Origin: Myxococcaceae bacterium
Lineage (GTDB): Bacteria; Myxococcota; Myxococcia; Myxococcales; Myxococcaceae
Direction of reading: 5' to 3'
DNA length: 37,270 bases
Assembly (NCBI GenBank): GCA_044229415.1
Contig: JBGATB010000077.1
Coordinates: 1 to 37,270, forward strand
The notes beneath the pieces were generated by a model. The model worked only from the letters and a program-made list of their open reading frames with translations. It was not told where the DNA came from and made no database searches. Position numbers and translations under genes: made by a program. Shown here piece after piece: positions 1-9,463 of the stretch. The stretch's first letter is position 1, and every line of letters starts with the position of its first letter.

Positions 1-349
1 TGGCGGCAGAGAGGCGGGAAATCGCGATACGCCGCTCGAACCTCAACTCACCGAACCGCCGGATACGGTCCCGTACGTCCGGTGGTGTGGGAGGGGGCGC
101 GGCGTGAGCCGCCCCCCTATCCCGATAGGGGCGGCACCCGCCCACGAGAATCGGAGGGGCCCACTTGACAGCTTTTCGGAGCATGAATTTTCCGGAGCGG
201 TGAGTCGCCTCGGGAAGCGGTTTCAGACGCGCTGGCTTAGGCAGGCTCGAGCGAACGACGGTCCGTCCTCCCGCGAATCCGTTTCGCGCCTCTGCGCCGC
301 ACGGTGGGCCGCTCCGGCCGTCGAAAATCACCGTGGTAGCAGTGAATGC

Positions 350-1480
350 ATGAACTCACTGCTCGCTGCACTCGACGACGACACGCTGCTCTCCACCATC
401 CGCACCCTCGTGGCGCGCTCCAACGCCGATGAGGCTGACCTCATCCTCCACCTCGGTGAGATGGATGAGCGCCGCCTGTACGCGCCCCTCGGCTATAGCT
501 CGATGCACGCCTACTGCACCGGCGTCCTCGGCTTCAGTCAGTACACCGCGTTCGATCGCATCAACGTGGCGAGGCTCGTGCGCCGCCGCTCCGGCATGCT
601 CGAGCTCCTTCGCGACGGGAAGCTCAACCTCACCGCGCTTCGGCTGCTGTCGTCCGCGATGATGCGCGAGGACTGCTCCGACCAGGAGTGTCAGGCCATC
701 GCCGCCCGCGCCTTCGGGCTCGTCACCGAGCAGGTCCGCGAGCTCGCCGCCGAGCTCGCTCCGAAGCCCGCTGTCCCGGATTCGATTCGGAAGGTCCCCA
801 CCCGCGGCGCACCGCCACCACCGCCGCCCGCTGTCGAGCTGCCTCTGCTCGCCACCGCCGCTCCCCAGGCGCCAGCACCTGTCAGCGCTGTCTCCGCGCC
901 GCCTCCTCCATCGCCGCCCACTCCCCCTCGGGTCGAGCCCCTGGCGCCGGACGCGTACAAGGTCACCTTCACCGCGGACGCCGAGCTTCGCCAGTTGCTC
1001 CGCGAGGCCGAGGAGCTGCTCAGCCATCGCAAGGACCAGCGCAACCTGCCCTCCATCGTGAAGGCCGCGGTGAAGGACTACGTCGCCAAGCTCAAGAAGG
1101 AGCGCTTTGGCCTCGGCGCCAAGCCCCGCGCGGCTCGCCCGGAGGCGGCGCCACCCAAGCCGGCGACCCGACACGTCCCTGTCGCCATGGCCCGCGAGAC
1201 CGTCGAGAGGCGGGGGCTGCGGTGCACCTTCGTCTCGGACGACGGGCACCGCTGCGGAGAGCGGGCCTTCCTGCAGATTGAGCATGTGGAGGGGTTCGCG
1301 CGCACCGGGGAGCATTCGCCCGAAACGCTCGACGTCCACTGCGCAACCCACAACCTGCTCGCCGCCGAGCGGATGTTCGGCAGGGAGTTCATGGACCGGA
1401 AGCGCCGGGGAACTCGTTTTAAAACGAGCGCGACCCAGCTCGAGCTCGTGAACGACGAAGCGGTCGCTGCCAGCACCTGA
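350..1480 (+). CDS. HNH endonuclease family protein with DUF222-like N-terminal domain and a Pro-rich linker. An alternative GTG start at 104 is in frame.
   Basis: The C-terminus carries an HNH-like Cys/His motif (CTFVSDDGHRCGE...QIEHV...HCATHN). The N-terminal region (LLSTIRTLVARSNADEADLILHLGEMDERRLYAPLGYSSMHAYC) resembles DUF222. [18 protein letters not shown] linker separates the two. ATG at 350 is in frame with the 104..1480 ORF. A GGGAGGGGG stretch precedes the GTG at 104. Confidence 0.6.
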   Translation: MNSLLAALDDDTLLSTIRTLVARSNADEADLILHLGEMDERRLYAPLGYSSMHAYCTGVLGFSQYTAFDRINVARLVRRRSGMLELLRDGKLNLTALRLLSSAMMREDCSDQECQAIAARAFGLVTEQVRELAAELAPKPAVPDSIRKVPTRGAPPPPPPAVELPLLATAAPQAPAPVSAVSAPPPPSPPTPPRVEPLAPDAYKVTFTADAELRQLLREAEELLSHRKDQRNLPSIVKAAVKDYVAKLKKERFGLGAKPRAARPEAAPPKPATRHVPVAMARETVERRGLRCTFVSDDGHRCGERAFLQIEHVEGFARTGEHSPETLDVHCATHNLLAAERMFGREFMDRKRRGTRFKTSATQLELVNDEAVAAST

Positions 1481-1608
1481 CTGCACGCGGAAGATCGTCC
1501 TGCGGGTGTCGAGCGGAGGGCGCAGCGCGTCTCCTCCTCAACAGCGCGCCGCTGACGGCCCGCTGCCGCCGTGGCGATCGCGTTCCGGGCGGGAGAGCCT
1601 GTGCCGCG

Positions 1609-3432
1609 ATGATCGCCGCTGACGGCCAGGTGAAGAAGCTTCGACAGTTCCTGGCGATCGCGATGGCGCTCGGGGGGCTGTTCGCGCTCGGACATGCCGT
1701 CGTCTGGCGGATCACCGGCGATGACCGCTTCGGACTGGTGAGCCTGGACCTCTGCGCCTATCTGTCCCTGGTGCTGCTGGTGTGGCGCGCGCTCTCTCCA
1801 CACAACCTGGTCTTCGTCGCGCAAGTCGTGGCCTATGGGCTCTTGGGCTTGGTTGGGCTCGGCGGCTACATCCTGCCGCTGGGGAGCACGGCCGCCGTGC
1901 TCGGCTGCATCGTCGCCGTCGCGCTGGCGCTCCCCCTGCTCAGCGGCGCACGGCTGGCGGCGCTCTGTTGGGCAGCGAGCGCGGTGGTGACGGGCCTGGT
2001 CATCGCCGGCAAGTTCGCCCCGACCCGGCCGATGTCCTTGGGGCTCTTGCTCTACGGCTCGGTCGGCCCCGCATTGGCGTTCTCCTTCCTGGTGGTCTGG
2101 CTGCTCTACGACTTCGCCGCGGGCGAACGGCGCATGCGCTCGGAGGCGGACCTGGCCCGCGACCTCGCGCTGCGGGAGCGGGAGAGCATGGCCTTCCTCT
2201 CGGAAGCGTCGCGCCGCCTCAGCTCGGCCCTCGACTATCCGACCGCGCTTCGCGCACTGGCGCAGGTCGCCGTGCCAGAGCTGGCGGACTACTGCGTGGT
2301 GATCGAGGCGGGCGCCCAGGGACCGCGCTGGGCTGCCGGAGCGCACCGGGATCCGCGCCAGGACGGGGCGCTCGAGCGACACACTCGCCGAGAGCTGGAG
2401 GAACGCGCCCACCCGCTGCGGCGCGCGCTGGAGGAGGGCGAGCTCACCCGCATTGAACAGCTGCCTCGGGCCCAAACGCCGGACGCGCTCGGGGGGCTGG
2501 CGCCGCGCTCCCTGGTGGCCCTGCCGCTGGTCGCGCGCGGGCGGCGGCTGGGCGCGCTACTCCTGGCAATGGCCGAATCCGAGCGGCGCTTCAGCGCTGA
2601 GAAGCTGGGGCTCGTTGAGGAGTTTGCGAACCGGGCGTCCATCGCCTTGGACAACGCGCGCCTCTACCGTCAGCTCGCGGAGTCGCTGCGCGCCAGAGAC
2701 GAGTTCCTCTCCATCGCCTCGCACGAGCTGCGCACGCCGCTGACGCCGCTCAAGCTCTACGCGCGGCTCATGCTCCGCGAGGTGGACTCCATCGCCGCTG
2801 GCGGCCGCCCGCGGGCGTGGTTGGAGCACCACCTGAACGCGATCCTCCGGCAGTGCGATCGCCAGGAGCGCCTGATCCAGGAGTTGCTCGACCTGGGCAG
2901 CGTCGGCGCGCGGCAAGCGGAGCTGACGCTGCGCGCGGTGGACTGGGGACAGGTGCTCAGCAGCGTCGTGCAGGACCTGGAGGACGTGGGGGACCTGCGC
3001 AACTACCGCTCCACCCTGAAGGCCCAGGTGGCAGGCCCAGTGGTGGGCCGGTGGGACCGCGCCCGCTTGCAGGTCATCACCAAGCACCTGGTGCTCAACG
3101 CGCTCAAGTACGGCGCCGGCCGGCCGGTGGAGGTGCGGTTGGACCGCGCCGGCTCGTCGGCGGAGCTCTCGGTCGTGGACCACGGCATCGGCATCGCGCC
3201 CGAGGACCAGCAGCGCGTCTTCGAGCCGTTCGAGCGGGCGGTCTCAGCCCGTCACTTCGGAGGGCTGGGCCTGGGGCTCTTCCTGGTCCGCCGGTCCGCG
3301 AAGGCTCTGGGAGGAGAGGTGGAGATGAAGTCCTCGCCAGGCAGCGGCTCCACCTTCCGGGTGCGACTCCCGCTCGAAGGTCCGCCGGTCCAACCCACCC
3401 CTGCCGTGGAGGCGGAGCTCCCCGCGAATTGA
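1609..3432 (+). CDS. Membrane sensor histidine kinase with N-terminal multi-TM region, GAF domain, HisKA and HATPase
   Basis: Several hydrophobic segments occupy the first ~180 aa. A GAF-like middle region follows. The H-box is HELRTPLTPLK. Conserved kinase N/G boxes are present (LNALKYG, VVDHGIGI, GGLGLGL). A GGGAGAG RBS lies 11 nt upstream of the ATG. Confidence 0.85.
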   Translation: MIAADGQVKKLRQFLAIAMALGGLFALGHAVVWRITGDDRFGLVSLDLCAYLSLVLLVWRALSPHNLVFVAQVVAYGLLGLVGLGGYILPLGSTAAVLGCIVAVALALPLLSGARLAALCWAASAVVTGLVIAGKFAPTRPMSLGLLLYGSVGPALAFSFLVVWLLYDFAAGERRMRSEADLARDLALRERESMAFLSEASRRLSSALDYPTALRALAQVAVPELADYCVVIEAGAQGPRWAAGAHRDPRQDGALERHTRRELEERAHPLRRALEEGELTRIEQLPRAQTPDALGGLAPRSLVALPLVARGRRLGALLLAMAESERRFSAEKLGLVEEFANRASIALDNARLYRQLAESLRARDEFLSIASHELRTPLTPLKLYARLMLREVDSIAAGGRPRAWLEHHLNAILRQCDRQERLIQELLDLGSVGARQAELTLRAVDWGQVLSSVVQDLEDVGDLRNYRSTLKAQVAGPVVGRWDRARLQVITKHLVLNALKYGAGRPVEVRLDRAGSSAELSVVDHGIGIAPEDQQRVFEPFERAVSARHFGGLGLGLFLVRRSAKALGGEVEMKSSPGSGSTFRVRLPLEGPPVQPTPAVEAELPAN

Positions 3433-3554
3433 CCCTTCGAGCGGGCGCATGGTGCGAGCAGCGCAGGGCCGCCGTCGCGGTCAGAGGTCTCCGCCGCTGC
3501 GAGATGTGCGGCACCCACGCCCGCACCCCGGTCTGAATCGGTCCCTTCAAGGCC

Positions 3555-4073
3555 CTAGAACCGCAGCGCGACCCCTGACGCTGCCAGCCGCGCCTGGTTC
3601 TCGCGCTCCGCCCACCGGTACGGCGCGTCCAGGCTGCCATAGAGGTCGATCGCCACCCACGAGGTCACCGCCAGGCCCGCGAAGGCGCCCACCAGCGCCC
3701 CGACGTTGCCGCCAAACACAGCGAGCGCCCCAAGCCCCAGCGCCAGGAGCGCCCGGCCGCCGCCGCGCTTGACCAGCCGGGGCCAGTCGCCGTTGAGCGC
3801 GTCCCCCAGGTTTGGGCCGAGGGCAAACAGCGCCAGCGACACGCCGAGCCCGGCGAGCGCGGGCGGGGTGCGCAGCGCGAGCGGGTCATTGGACCGGAAA
3901 TACGGCTGGAGGAAGCCGAGCCCCATCCCCACGCCCGCGGCGGTCGTCGCCAGCCCCGCGCCCAGGGAGATGGCCGGAGTCGTGGGCGCGTCCTCCTCTC
4001 CGACGAGCGCCAGCGCCCCCGGCACCGGCTGGGCGAGCGTCACGGCGAGGCAGGCGAGGAGCGCAGGCGCCAC
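3555..4073 (-). CDS. Hypothetical small membrane or secreted protein, GTG start
   Basis: The product is hydrophobic and Gly/Ala/Leu-rich with an N-terminal signal-like segment. An AAAGGA RBS lies ~7 nt upstream of the GTG. No competing gene occupies the region. It could still be a GC-driven artefact. Confidence 0.4.
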   Translation of the reverse strand: MAPALLACLAVTLAQPVPGALALVGEEDAPTTPAISLGAGLATTAAGVGMGLGFLQPYFRSNDPLALRTPPALAGLGVSLALFALGPNLGDALNGDWPRLVKRGGGRALLALGLGALAVFGGNVGALVGAFAGLAVTSWVAIDLYGSLDAPYRWAERENQARLAASGVALRF

Positions 4074-4126
4074 GAGATCCTTTCTAGACCAGCCCGTGCT
4101 ATGGCGCCGACTTCACAAGGCACGCC

Positions 4127-5746
4127 ATGAGCTCCAACGAACTCGAGCGGGAGGTCTCCCGCCGCCGCACCTTCGCCATCATCAGCCACCCGGACGCGGG
4201 CAAGACCACCCTCACCGAGAAGCTGCTGCTCTACGGCGGCGCCATCCACCTGGCCGGCAGCGTGAAGGCGCGCCGCGCCCGCCGCCACGCCACCAGCGAC
4301 TGGATGGAGCTGGAGAAGGAGCGCGGCATCTCCGTGACCTCTTCCGTCCTCCAGTTCGGCTACCGCGGCCACGCGGTGAACCTGCTGGACACGCCGGGCC
4401 ACCAGGACTTCTCCGAGGACACCTACCGGACGCTCGCCGCCGCCGACAGCGCGGTGATGTTGATCGACGCCGCGAAGGGCGTGGAGCCGCAGACCAAGAA
4501 GCTCTTCAAGGTCTGCCGGATGCGGGAGATCCCCATCTTCACCTTCGTCAACAAGCTCGACCGCTACGGCCGCGCGCCGCTGGAGTTGATGGACGAGCTG
4601 GAGCAGGTGCTGGGCATCCGCGCCTACCCGATGAACTGGCCCATCGGCATGGGGCCGGAGTTCCGCGGGGTCTACGACCGGCAGTCCAAGGTGGTCCACG
4701 TCTTCGCCTCCGAAGGCACCCACGGCGAGTCCGAGGTGGCCGAGCGCAGCGTCCCGCTCGACTCGCCGGAGATCTCCACCGTGCTGACCGAGAAGGAGCT
4801 GGCCACGCTGAAGGAGGACATCGACCTGCTGGACATCGGCGGGGACGAGTTCACCCGCGAGAAGAGCGACAAGGGGCAGATCACGCCCATGTTCTTCGGC
4901 AGCGCGATGACCAACTTCGGCGTGCGCCCGTTCCTGGACATCTTCCTGGAGCTGGCCCCCAAGCCCTTGCCGCGCAAGACCACGGCCGGCATCCGCGAGC
5001 CCACCGCGCCCAAGTTCGCGGGCTTCGTCTTCAAGATCCAGGCGAACATGGACCCCGCCCACCGGGACCGCATCGCCTTCCTGCGGGTGGTCTCTGGCCG
5101 CTACGTGAAGGGGATGAGCGCGTTCCATTCGCGGCTCGGCAAGGAGGTCCGGCTGGCCAAGCCCAGCCAGTTCCTCGCGGCCGAGCGGACGGCGATTGAA
5201 GACGCCTGGCCGGGGGACGTGATCGGCCTGTTCGACCCCGGGCAGTACCGGATCGGCGACACGCTCTCGGACGGCGAGCGGTTCGAGTTCGAAGGCGTCC
5301 CGCGCTTCTCCCCCGAGCACTTCGCCGTGGTCCGCTCCAAGGACCCGCTGCGCCGCAAGCAGATGGAGAAGGGGCTGGAGCAGCTCTCGGAAGAGGGCAC
5401 GGTGCAGATCTTCCAGCAGCTCCAGATGGGCATGAAGGATCCCATCGTGGGCGTGGTGGGCGCGCTCCAATTCGAGGTGCTGCAGTACCGGCTCGAGCAC
5501 GAGTACGGCGCGCAGATCCTCCTCGACAAGCTCCCCTTCAGCCACGCCCGCTGGGTGGTGGGTGAAGGCTTCGAGCCCAAGAGCTTCGACTGGGAGGGCA
5601 ACCGTCAGACGGTGCAGGATCGGGACGGGCTCCCCCTGGTCCTCTTCCGGGACGACTGGGCCATGCAGCACGCGGAGGAGAAGCATCCGGAGCTGAAGTT
5701 CCTCTCGGCTGCCCCCCAGCTGCGGGTGGCCGCCACCGCGGCCTGA
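4127..5746 (+). CDS. prfC: Peptide chain release factor 3 (RF3), a translational GTPase
   Basis: G-domain motifs are present: AIISHPDAGKTT, DTPGH and NKLD. The sequence is RF3-like throughout. Confidence 0.95.
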   Translation: MSSNELEREVSRRRTFAIISHPDAGKTTLTEKLLLYGGAIHLAGSVKARRARRHATSDWMELEKERGISVTSSVLQFGYRGHAVNLLDTPGHQDFSEDTYRTLAAADSAVMLIDAAKGVEPQTKKLFKVCRMREIPIFTFVNKLDRYGRAPLELMDELEQVLGIRAYPMNWPIGMGPEFRGVYDRQSKVVHVFASEGTHGESEVAERSVPLDSPEISTVLTEKELATLKEDIDLLDIGGDEFTREKSDKGQITPMFFGSAMTNFGVRPFLDIFLELAPKPLPRKTTAGIREPTAPKFAGFVFKIQANMDPAHRDRIAFLRVVSGRYVKGMSAFHSRLGKEVRLAKPSQFLAAERTAIEDAWPGDVIGLFDPGQYRIGDTLSDGERFEFEGVPRFSPEHFAVVRSKDPLRRKQMEKGLEQLSEEGTVQIFQQLQMGMKDPIVGVVGALQFEVLQYRLEHEYGAQILLDKLPFSHARWVVGEGFEPKSFDWEGNRQTVQDRDGLPLVLFRDDWAMQHAEEKHPELKFLSAAPQLRVAATAA

Positions 5747-5770
5747 TCCAGGCGCCTCGACGTAGCCTGT

Positions 5771-5803
5771 CCCGAGCGGAGTCGAGGGGCTCGGGGTGAA
5801 CGA
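5771..5803. repeat. REP/MITE-like element: CCCGAGCGGAGTCGAGGGG plus inverted head CTCGGGGTGAAC
   Basis: Shares the GTTCACCCCGAG head (here in reverse) and the CGAAGTCGAGGGG-like tail with copies at 9371-9462, 20205-20354, 26267-26668 and 37025-37165. Confidence 0.6.
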
Positions 5804-5939
5804 GAGCCGAGCGACTGTCGGCCCGCGGCGCGGCTGCCGGGGGCCTGCCTGCTTGGACGCCTCGCGACACTTCCGTCGAGCCCCTGACGTACACACCCTT
5901 TCGGGGAACGGGGAACGAATTCCCGACTGGAGGAGAGAA

Positions 5940-6218
5940 ATGAATCCGGCATACGGCATCATCATGTGGATCATCATCGGTGCGCTGGCGGGTTGGATCG
6001 GCAGCAAGATCATGGGGACGGATGCGCAGCAGGGTGGTCTGGCCAACATCCTCATCGGCGTGGTTGGCGCGGTGCTCGGTGGCTTCCTCGCGCGCAACCT
6101 CTTCGGGGACTCCGCCTCCAACAACGGCTTCTTCGCCAGCTTCCTGGTCGCCTTGGTCGGCGCGATCATCCTGATCGGGCTCTGGAAGATGGTCTCTGGC
6201 CGCCGGCGGATCGTCTAG
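5940..6218 (+). CDS. GlsB/YeaQ/YmgE family stress-response membrane protein (transglycosylase-associated protein)
   Basis: MNPAYGIIMWIIIGALAGWIGSKIMG...GVVGAVLGGFLA is the typical motif. A strong GGAGGAG RBS lies upstream of the ATG. I chose the internal start over the 5796 start of the long ORF. Confidence 0.8.
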   Translation: MNPAYGIIMWIIIGALAGWIGSKIMGTDAQQGGLANILIGVVGAVLGGFLARNLFGDSASNNGFFASFLVALVGAIILIGLWKMVSGRRRIV

Positions 6219-6239
6219 CGGCTCGAGCACCTCAAACAG

Positions 6240-6285
6240 CCGCCGCGCTCGAGCCCGTGCATGGGCGAGCGCGGCGGTTCTTTTT
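6240..6285 (+). terminator. Rho-independent terminator downstream of the glsB-like gene
   Basis: GC-rich stem CCGCCGCGCTCG / CGAGCGCGGCGG with a ~14-nt loop, followed by TTCTTTTT. The T-tract is rare in this GC-rich sequence. Confidence 0.6.
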
Positions 6286-6842
6286 CAGGCGTAGGGGCGC
6301 ACGGTGCCGCCCCGGTGCTCGGAGTCCCGCAGCACCAGTCCCTCCTTGAACTCGCGGGCGCAGCGCGGCCCCACCCAGAAGCCCTTGGGCTCGGACTTGC
6401 GGAAGGTCTTCTTCACCCAGTCTTCGATCTCCAAATAGAGGCGGCGGAACTTGTCCGGACCTGCGTCCCGGCGCCCGGTCTGCGGGGTGATCTCCAACTC
6501 CGCCCACAGCTTGCCGGAGACCAGCTCGTTCTCTTCGTTGCGCCGCGAGCGCTCGAAGAAGATGACCGGGGAGCGGACCTCGTCCACGCGCCAGCTGCCC
6601 TTGTCCGGGCCCCGCTTCACCCGGTCCACCAGCACGTTGCCGATCTCGCTGGCCGCCAGGTACGCGGCCTCCTCGGGCAGCTGTGCCTGGCACTGCTCGT
6701 TGGCGCGGAAGGGCGTCCAGTCCGGAGGCACGCGGATCGGGTAGACCTCGAGCTGGAACCGGCCGAGGAACCTGAGGAAGGCCAGCTCGTCCTCGGGGGA
6801 CATGAAGAAGCGCAGCGAGTTCGCCATGGAAAGGGCGGGCAC
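6285..6842 (-). CDS. Hypothetical protein
   Basis: Non-repetitive product with balanced composition (MPALSMANSLRFFMSPEDELAFLRF...). GTG at 6842, or ATG 15 nt downstream. No recognisable domain. Confidence 0.5.
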   Translation of the reverse strand: MPALSMANSLRFFMSPEDELAFLRFLGRFQLEVYPIRVPPDWTPFRANEQCQAQLPEEAAYLAASEIGNVLVDRVKRGPDKGSWRVDEVRSPVIFFERSRRNEENELVSGKLWAELEITPQTGRRDAGPDKFRRLYLEIEDWVKKTFRKSEPKGFWVGPRCAREFKEGLVLRDSEHRGGTVRPYA

Positions 6843-6874
6843 CCTACCAAAGGACGGGCTAGATCCACCTGCCC

Positions 6875-8371
6875 ATGAGCCGTCCCTTCGAGAAGCTGCT
6901 GCCGAAGATGGAGGAGCTGCGAGACCTCCAGGGGATCATCGGGCTGTTGACCTGGGATCAGGAGACGTACCTGCCCCAGAAGGGGGAGAAGGCCCGCGCG
7001 TCCCAGCTCTCCACGCTGCAGGGGCTCTACCACGAGCGCCTCACCGACCCGGCCCTGGGCGGGCTTTTGGGCGAGTCCGCCGCCAGCGACCTCACGCCGG
7101 ACGCGAAAGCGATGGTGCGCGAGCTGACGTGGGAGCGCGACCGCGCGGTGAAGCTCCCGGGCGCGCTGGTCCGCGAGCTCGCCGAGGCGCAGTCCCACGG
7201 CCTCTCCGCCTGGAAGGAGGCGCGCGAGAAGCGCCAGTTCTCCCTCTTCGCCCCCGCGCTGGGACGCCTCCTGCGGATCCGCCGCGAGCAGGCGGACGCG
7301 TACGGCCACGGCGGCGAGCGCTACGACGCGCTCCTCGAAGGGTATGAGCCGGGGATGCGCGTGGCGCGCCTGGCGCCGGTGCTGACCGGTCTCGCCCAGG
7401 CGCTGGTGCCAATCGTCCAGGCCCTGCGCGCCGTGCCGCCGCCGCCGGACGTGCTCGCCGGCAAGCGCTTCCCGTTCGACCCCCAGTGGCGCTTCACGCT
7501 GCGGCTGCTCAAGGACATGGGGTTCGACCTCGAGGCCGGGCGCCAGGACAAGAGCATCCACCCGTTCACCGGCGGGACCCACCCGCTGGACGTGCGGCTC
7601 ACCAACCGGTTCGACGAGGAGAACATCTTCTCCTCCATCTACGGCGCCATCCACGAGGGCGGGCACGGGCTCTACGAGCAGGGCTTCGCGCCCGAGCACT
7701 ACCGCACGCCGATCGCCGCCGCGCCCTCCATGGGGCTGCACGAGTCCCAGTCTCGGCTCTGGGAGAACGTGGTGGGGCGCAGCGAGGGCTTCTGGCAGCA
7801 CTACTTCCCGGTGCTCGCGGCCGAGTTCCCGCAGGCGCTCGCCGGCGTGAGCGCGCGCGACTTCTACCGCGCGGTGAACCGCGTGCGCCCAAGCCTCATC
7901 CGCGTGGAGGCGGACGAGGTCACCTACAACCTCCACATCGTCCTGCGCTTCGAGCTGGAGCTGCTGCTCATCCAGGACAAGCTCCCGCTCGCGGAGCTGC
8001 CGCGCGCCTGGAACGACCGGATGGAGGCGCTGCTCGGCGTCCGCCCCGAGCACGACGGGGTGGGCGTGCTGCAGGACATCCACTGGGCCTGGGGCGAGCT
8101 CGGCTACTTCCCCACGTACTCGCTGGGCAACCTCTACTCGGCGTCGCTCTTCAACGCGGCCAAGCGGGACCTCCCATCACTGGAGGCGGGGATCTCCCGC
8201 GGCGAGCTGCTGCCGCTGCGCGACTGGCTGCGCGAGAAGATCCACGCGCAGGGGCACCGCTACTCGGCCGAGGAGTTGGTGACGCGCGTCACCGGCAAGG
8301 GGTTGCTGGCGGGCGACTTCATCGACTACCTCAAGCGCAAGTACGCCGGGCTCTATGGCGTGACGCTCTAA
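6875..8371 (+). CDS. M32 family carboxypeptidase (carboxypeptidase Taq-like metallopeptidase)
   Basis: HExxH zinc motif [11 protein letters not shown]. Overall similarity to thermostable carboxypeptidase 1 ([22 protein letters not shown]). Confidence 0.85.
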   Translation: MSRPFEKLLPKMEELRDLQGIIGLLTWDQETYLPQKGEKARASQLSTLQGLYHERLTDPALGGLLGESAASDLTPDAKAMVRELTWERDRAVKLPGALVRELAEAQSHGLSAWKEAREKRQFSLFAPALGRLLRIRREQADAYGHGGERYDALLEGYEPGMRVARLAPVLTGLAQALVPIVQALRAVPPPPDVLAGKRFPFDPQWRFTLRLLKDMGFDLEAGRQDKSIHPFTGGTHPLDVRLTNRFDEENIFSSIYGAIHEGGHGLYEQGFAPEHYRTPIAAAPSMGLHESQSRLWENVVGRSEGFWQHYFPVLAAEFPQALAGVSARDFYRAVNRVRPSLIRVEADEVTYNLHIVLRFELELLLIQDKLPLAELPRAWNDRMEALLGVRPEHDGVGVLQDIHWAWGELGYFPTYSLGNLYSASLFNAAKRDLPSLEAGISRGELLPLRDWLREKIHAQGHRYSAEELVTRVTGKGLLAGDFIDYLKRKYAGLYGVTL

Positions 8372-8383
8372 AGGAGAAGGCAC

Positions 8384-9016
8384 ATGGCGGTGGTGGACGA
8401 GAAGCTCGAGGCCTACGCGGAGCAGCAGACGGAAGGACTGGCGCCGCTGTTCGACGCCCTCCGCGAGGAGACCTTCGCCAACATGCAGAGCCCCGGGATG
8501 CAGGTGGGGCGGCTGGAGGGGACCTTCCTCAAGCTCCTGGTGAAGCTCACTGGCGCGCGGCGGGTTCTGGAGATCGGCATGTTCACCGGCTACTCGGGCC
8601 TGATGATGGCCGAGGGCCTGCCGGACGACGGCGAGCTGATCACCTGCGACATCGACCCCAAGGCCGAGGCCATGGCCAAGCGCTACTTCGCGCAGAGCCC
8701 CCACGGGAAGAAGATCCAGATTCGCCTGGCGCCCGCGTTGGAGACGCTCAAGACGCTGCGCGGCCCGTTCGACCTGGTCTTCATCGACGCGGATAAAGAG
8801 AACTACCTCGGCTACTACGAGGGCGTCCTCCCGCTGCTGCGGCAGGGCGGGTTGATCATCGCCGACAACACGCTCTGGAGCGGCAAGGTGCTGGCGCCCA
8901 AGGAGGAGAGCGACAAGGCGATCGTCGCCTTCAACGCCCACGTGGCGAAGGACGCGCGGGTGGAGAAGGTGCTGCTCACGGTGCGGGACGGGATGACGCT
9001 CATCCGCAAGAAGTAG
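8384..9016 (+). CDS. Class I SAM-dependent O-methyltransferase (caffeoyl-CoA OMT-like, family 3)
   Basis: LEIGMFTGYSGLMMAEGL, DIDP and VFIDADKENY motifs. AAGGAGAAGG RBS. Lies 12 nt after the carboxypeptidase gene. Confidence 0.85.
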   Translation: MAVVDEKLEAYAEQQTEGLAPLFDALREETFANMQSPGMQVGRLEGTFLKLLVKLTGARRVLEIGMFTGYSGLMMAEGLPDDGELITCDIDPKAEAMAKRYFAQSPHGKKIQIRLAPALETLKTLRGPFDLVFIDADKENYLGYYEGVLPLLRQGGLIIADNTLWSGKVLAPKEESDKAIVAFNAHVAKDARVEKVLLTVRDGMTLIRKK

Positions 9017-9370
9017 GGCGGTGGCGATTCCGGGCCCAGTGCCGGGGCTCTTTAGGGCTCCAAGTGGGTTCTGGGTCGCGGGGTGCTGTGCACGTATGGG
9101 TCCCGCGGTGGCGCGCTCCGACCGCGGCGGGTTGCAGAGGCCTCATGGACACGCGAGGGCGCTCCTCCGTTGGTTCTGTGAGTGGTTTCGGGTGCTGGCG
9201 CCCCGGAACCATTCACAGTTCCTCCCGGGCGCCCACCCAAGCCTGCCGTGACTGTGCAACCCGCAGCGGCTGGAGCGCTCCGCCGCGGGGACCATCGTGC
9301 CCGGGGGAGCGCGACCCTTTCTGTTTCCCGCTCCTATGAGCTGTACGGCGACGCTTCGAGCTCGGTGCCG

Positions 9371-9462
9371 CCCCTCGACTACGGGCCTACGGCCCTACGC
9401 TCGGGGTGAACGAAGGGGGAACCACGGGCTCGAAAGGCTCACAGCCCTCGGGGTGAACGGGT
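9371..9462. repeat. Two inverted copies of the GTTCACCCCGAG-headed repeat (long CGTAGGGCCGTAGGCCCGTAGTCGAGGGG tail variant and GGCTGTGAGCCTTTCGAGCC tail variant)
   Basis: CTCGGGGTGAAC occurs twice. The tails match the copies at 37072-37165 and 20205-20240. Confidence 0.6.
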
Positions 9463-9463
9463 T

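Noticed and set aside
3706-5199. 497-aa plus-strand ORF
   Set aside because: It is a +1 alternative frame of prfC. prfC's G-domain motifs identify the real frame.
5796-5939. 48-codon N-terminal extension of the glsB-like ORF
   Set aside because: The extension covers the repeat element and has no RBS. The internal ATG at 5940 has a strong GGAGGAG RBS and gives the canonical ~90-aa family length.
4040-6169. 709-aa ORF on the minus strand
   Set aside because: It is antisense to prfC and the glsB-like gene. It is a typical long stop-free antisense frame of high-GC DNA, with a low-complexity, Arg/Gly/Pro-rich product.
6617-8083. 488-aa minus-strand ORF
   Set aside because: Antisense to the M32 carboxypeptidase gene, whose HExxH motif identifies the true frame.
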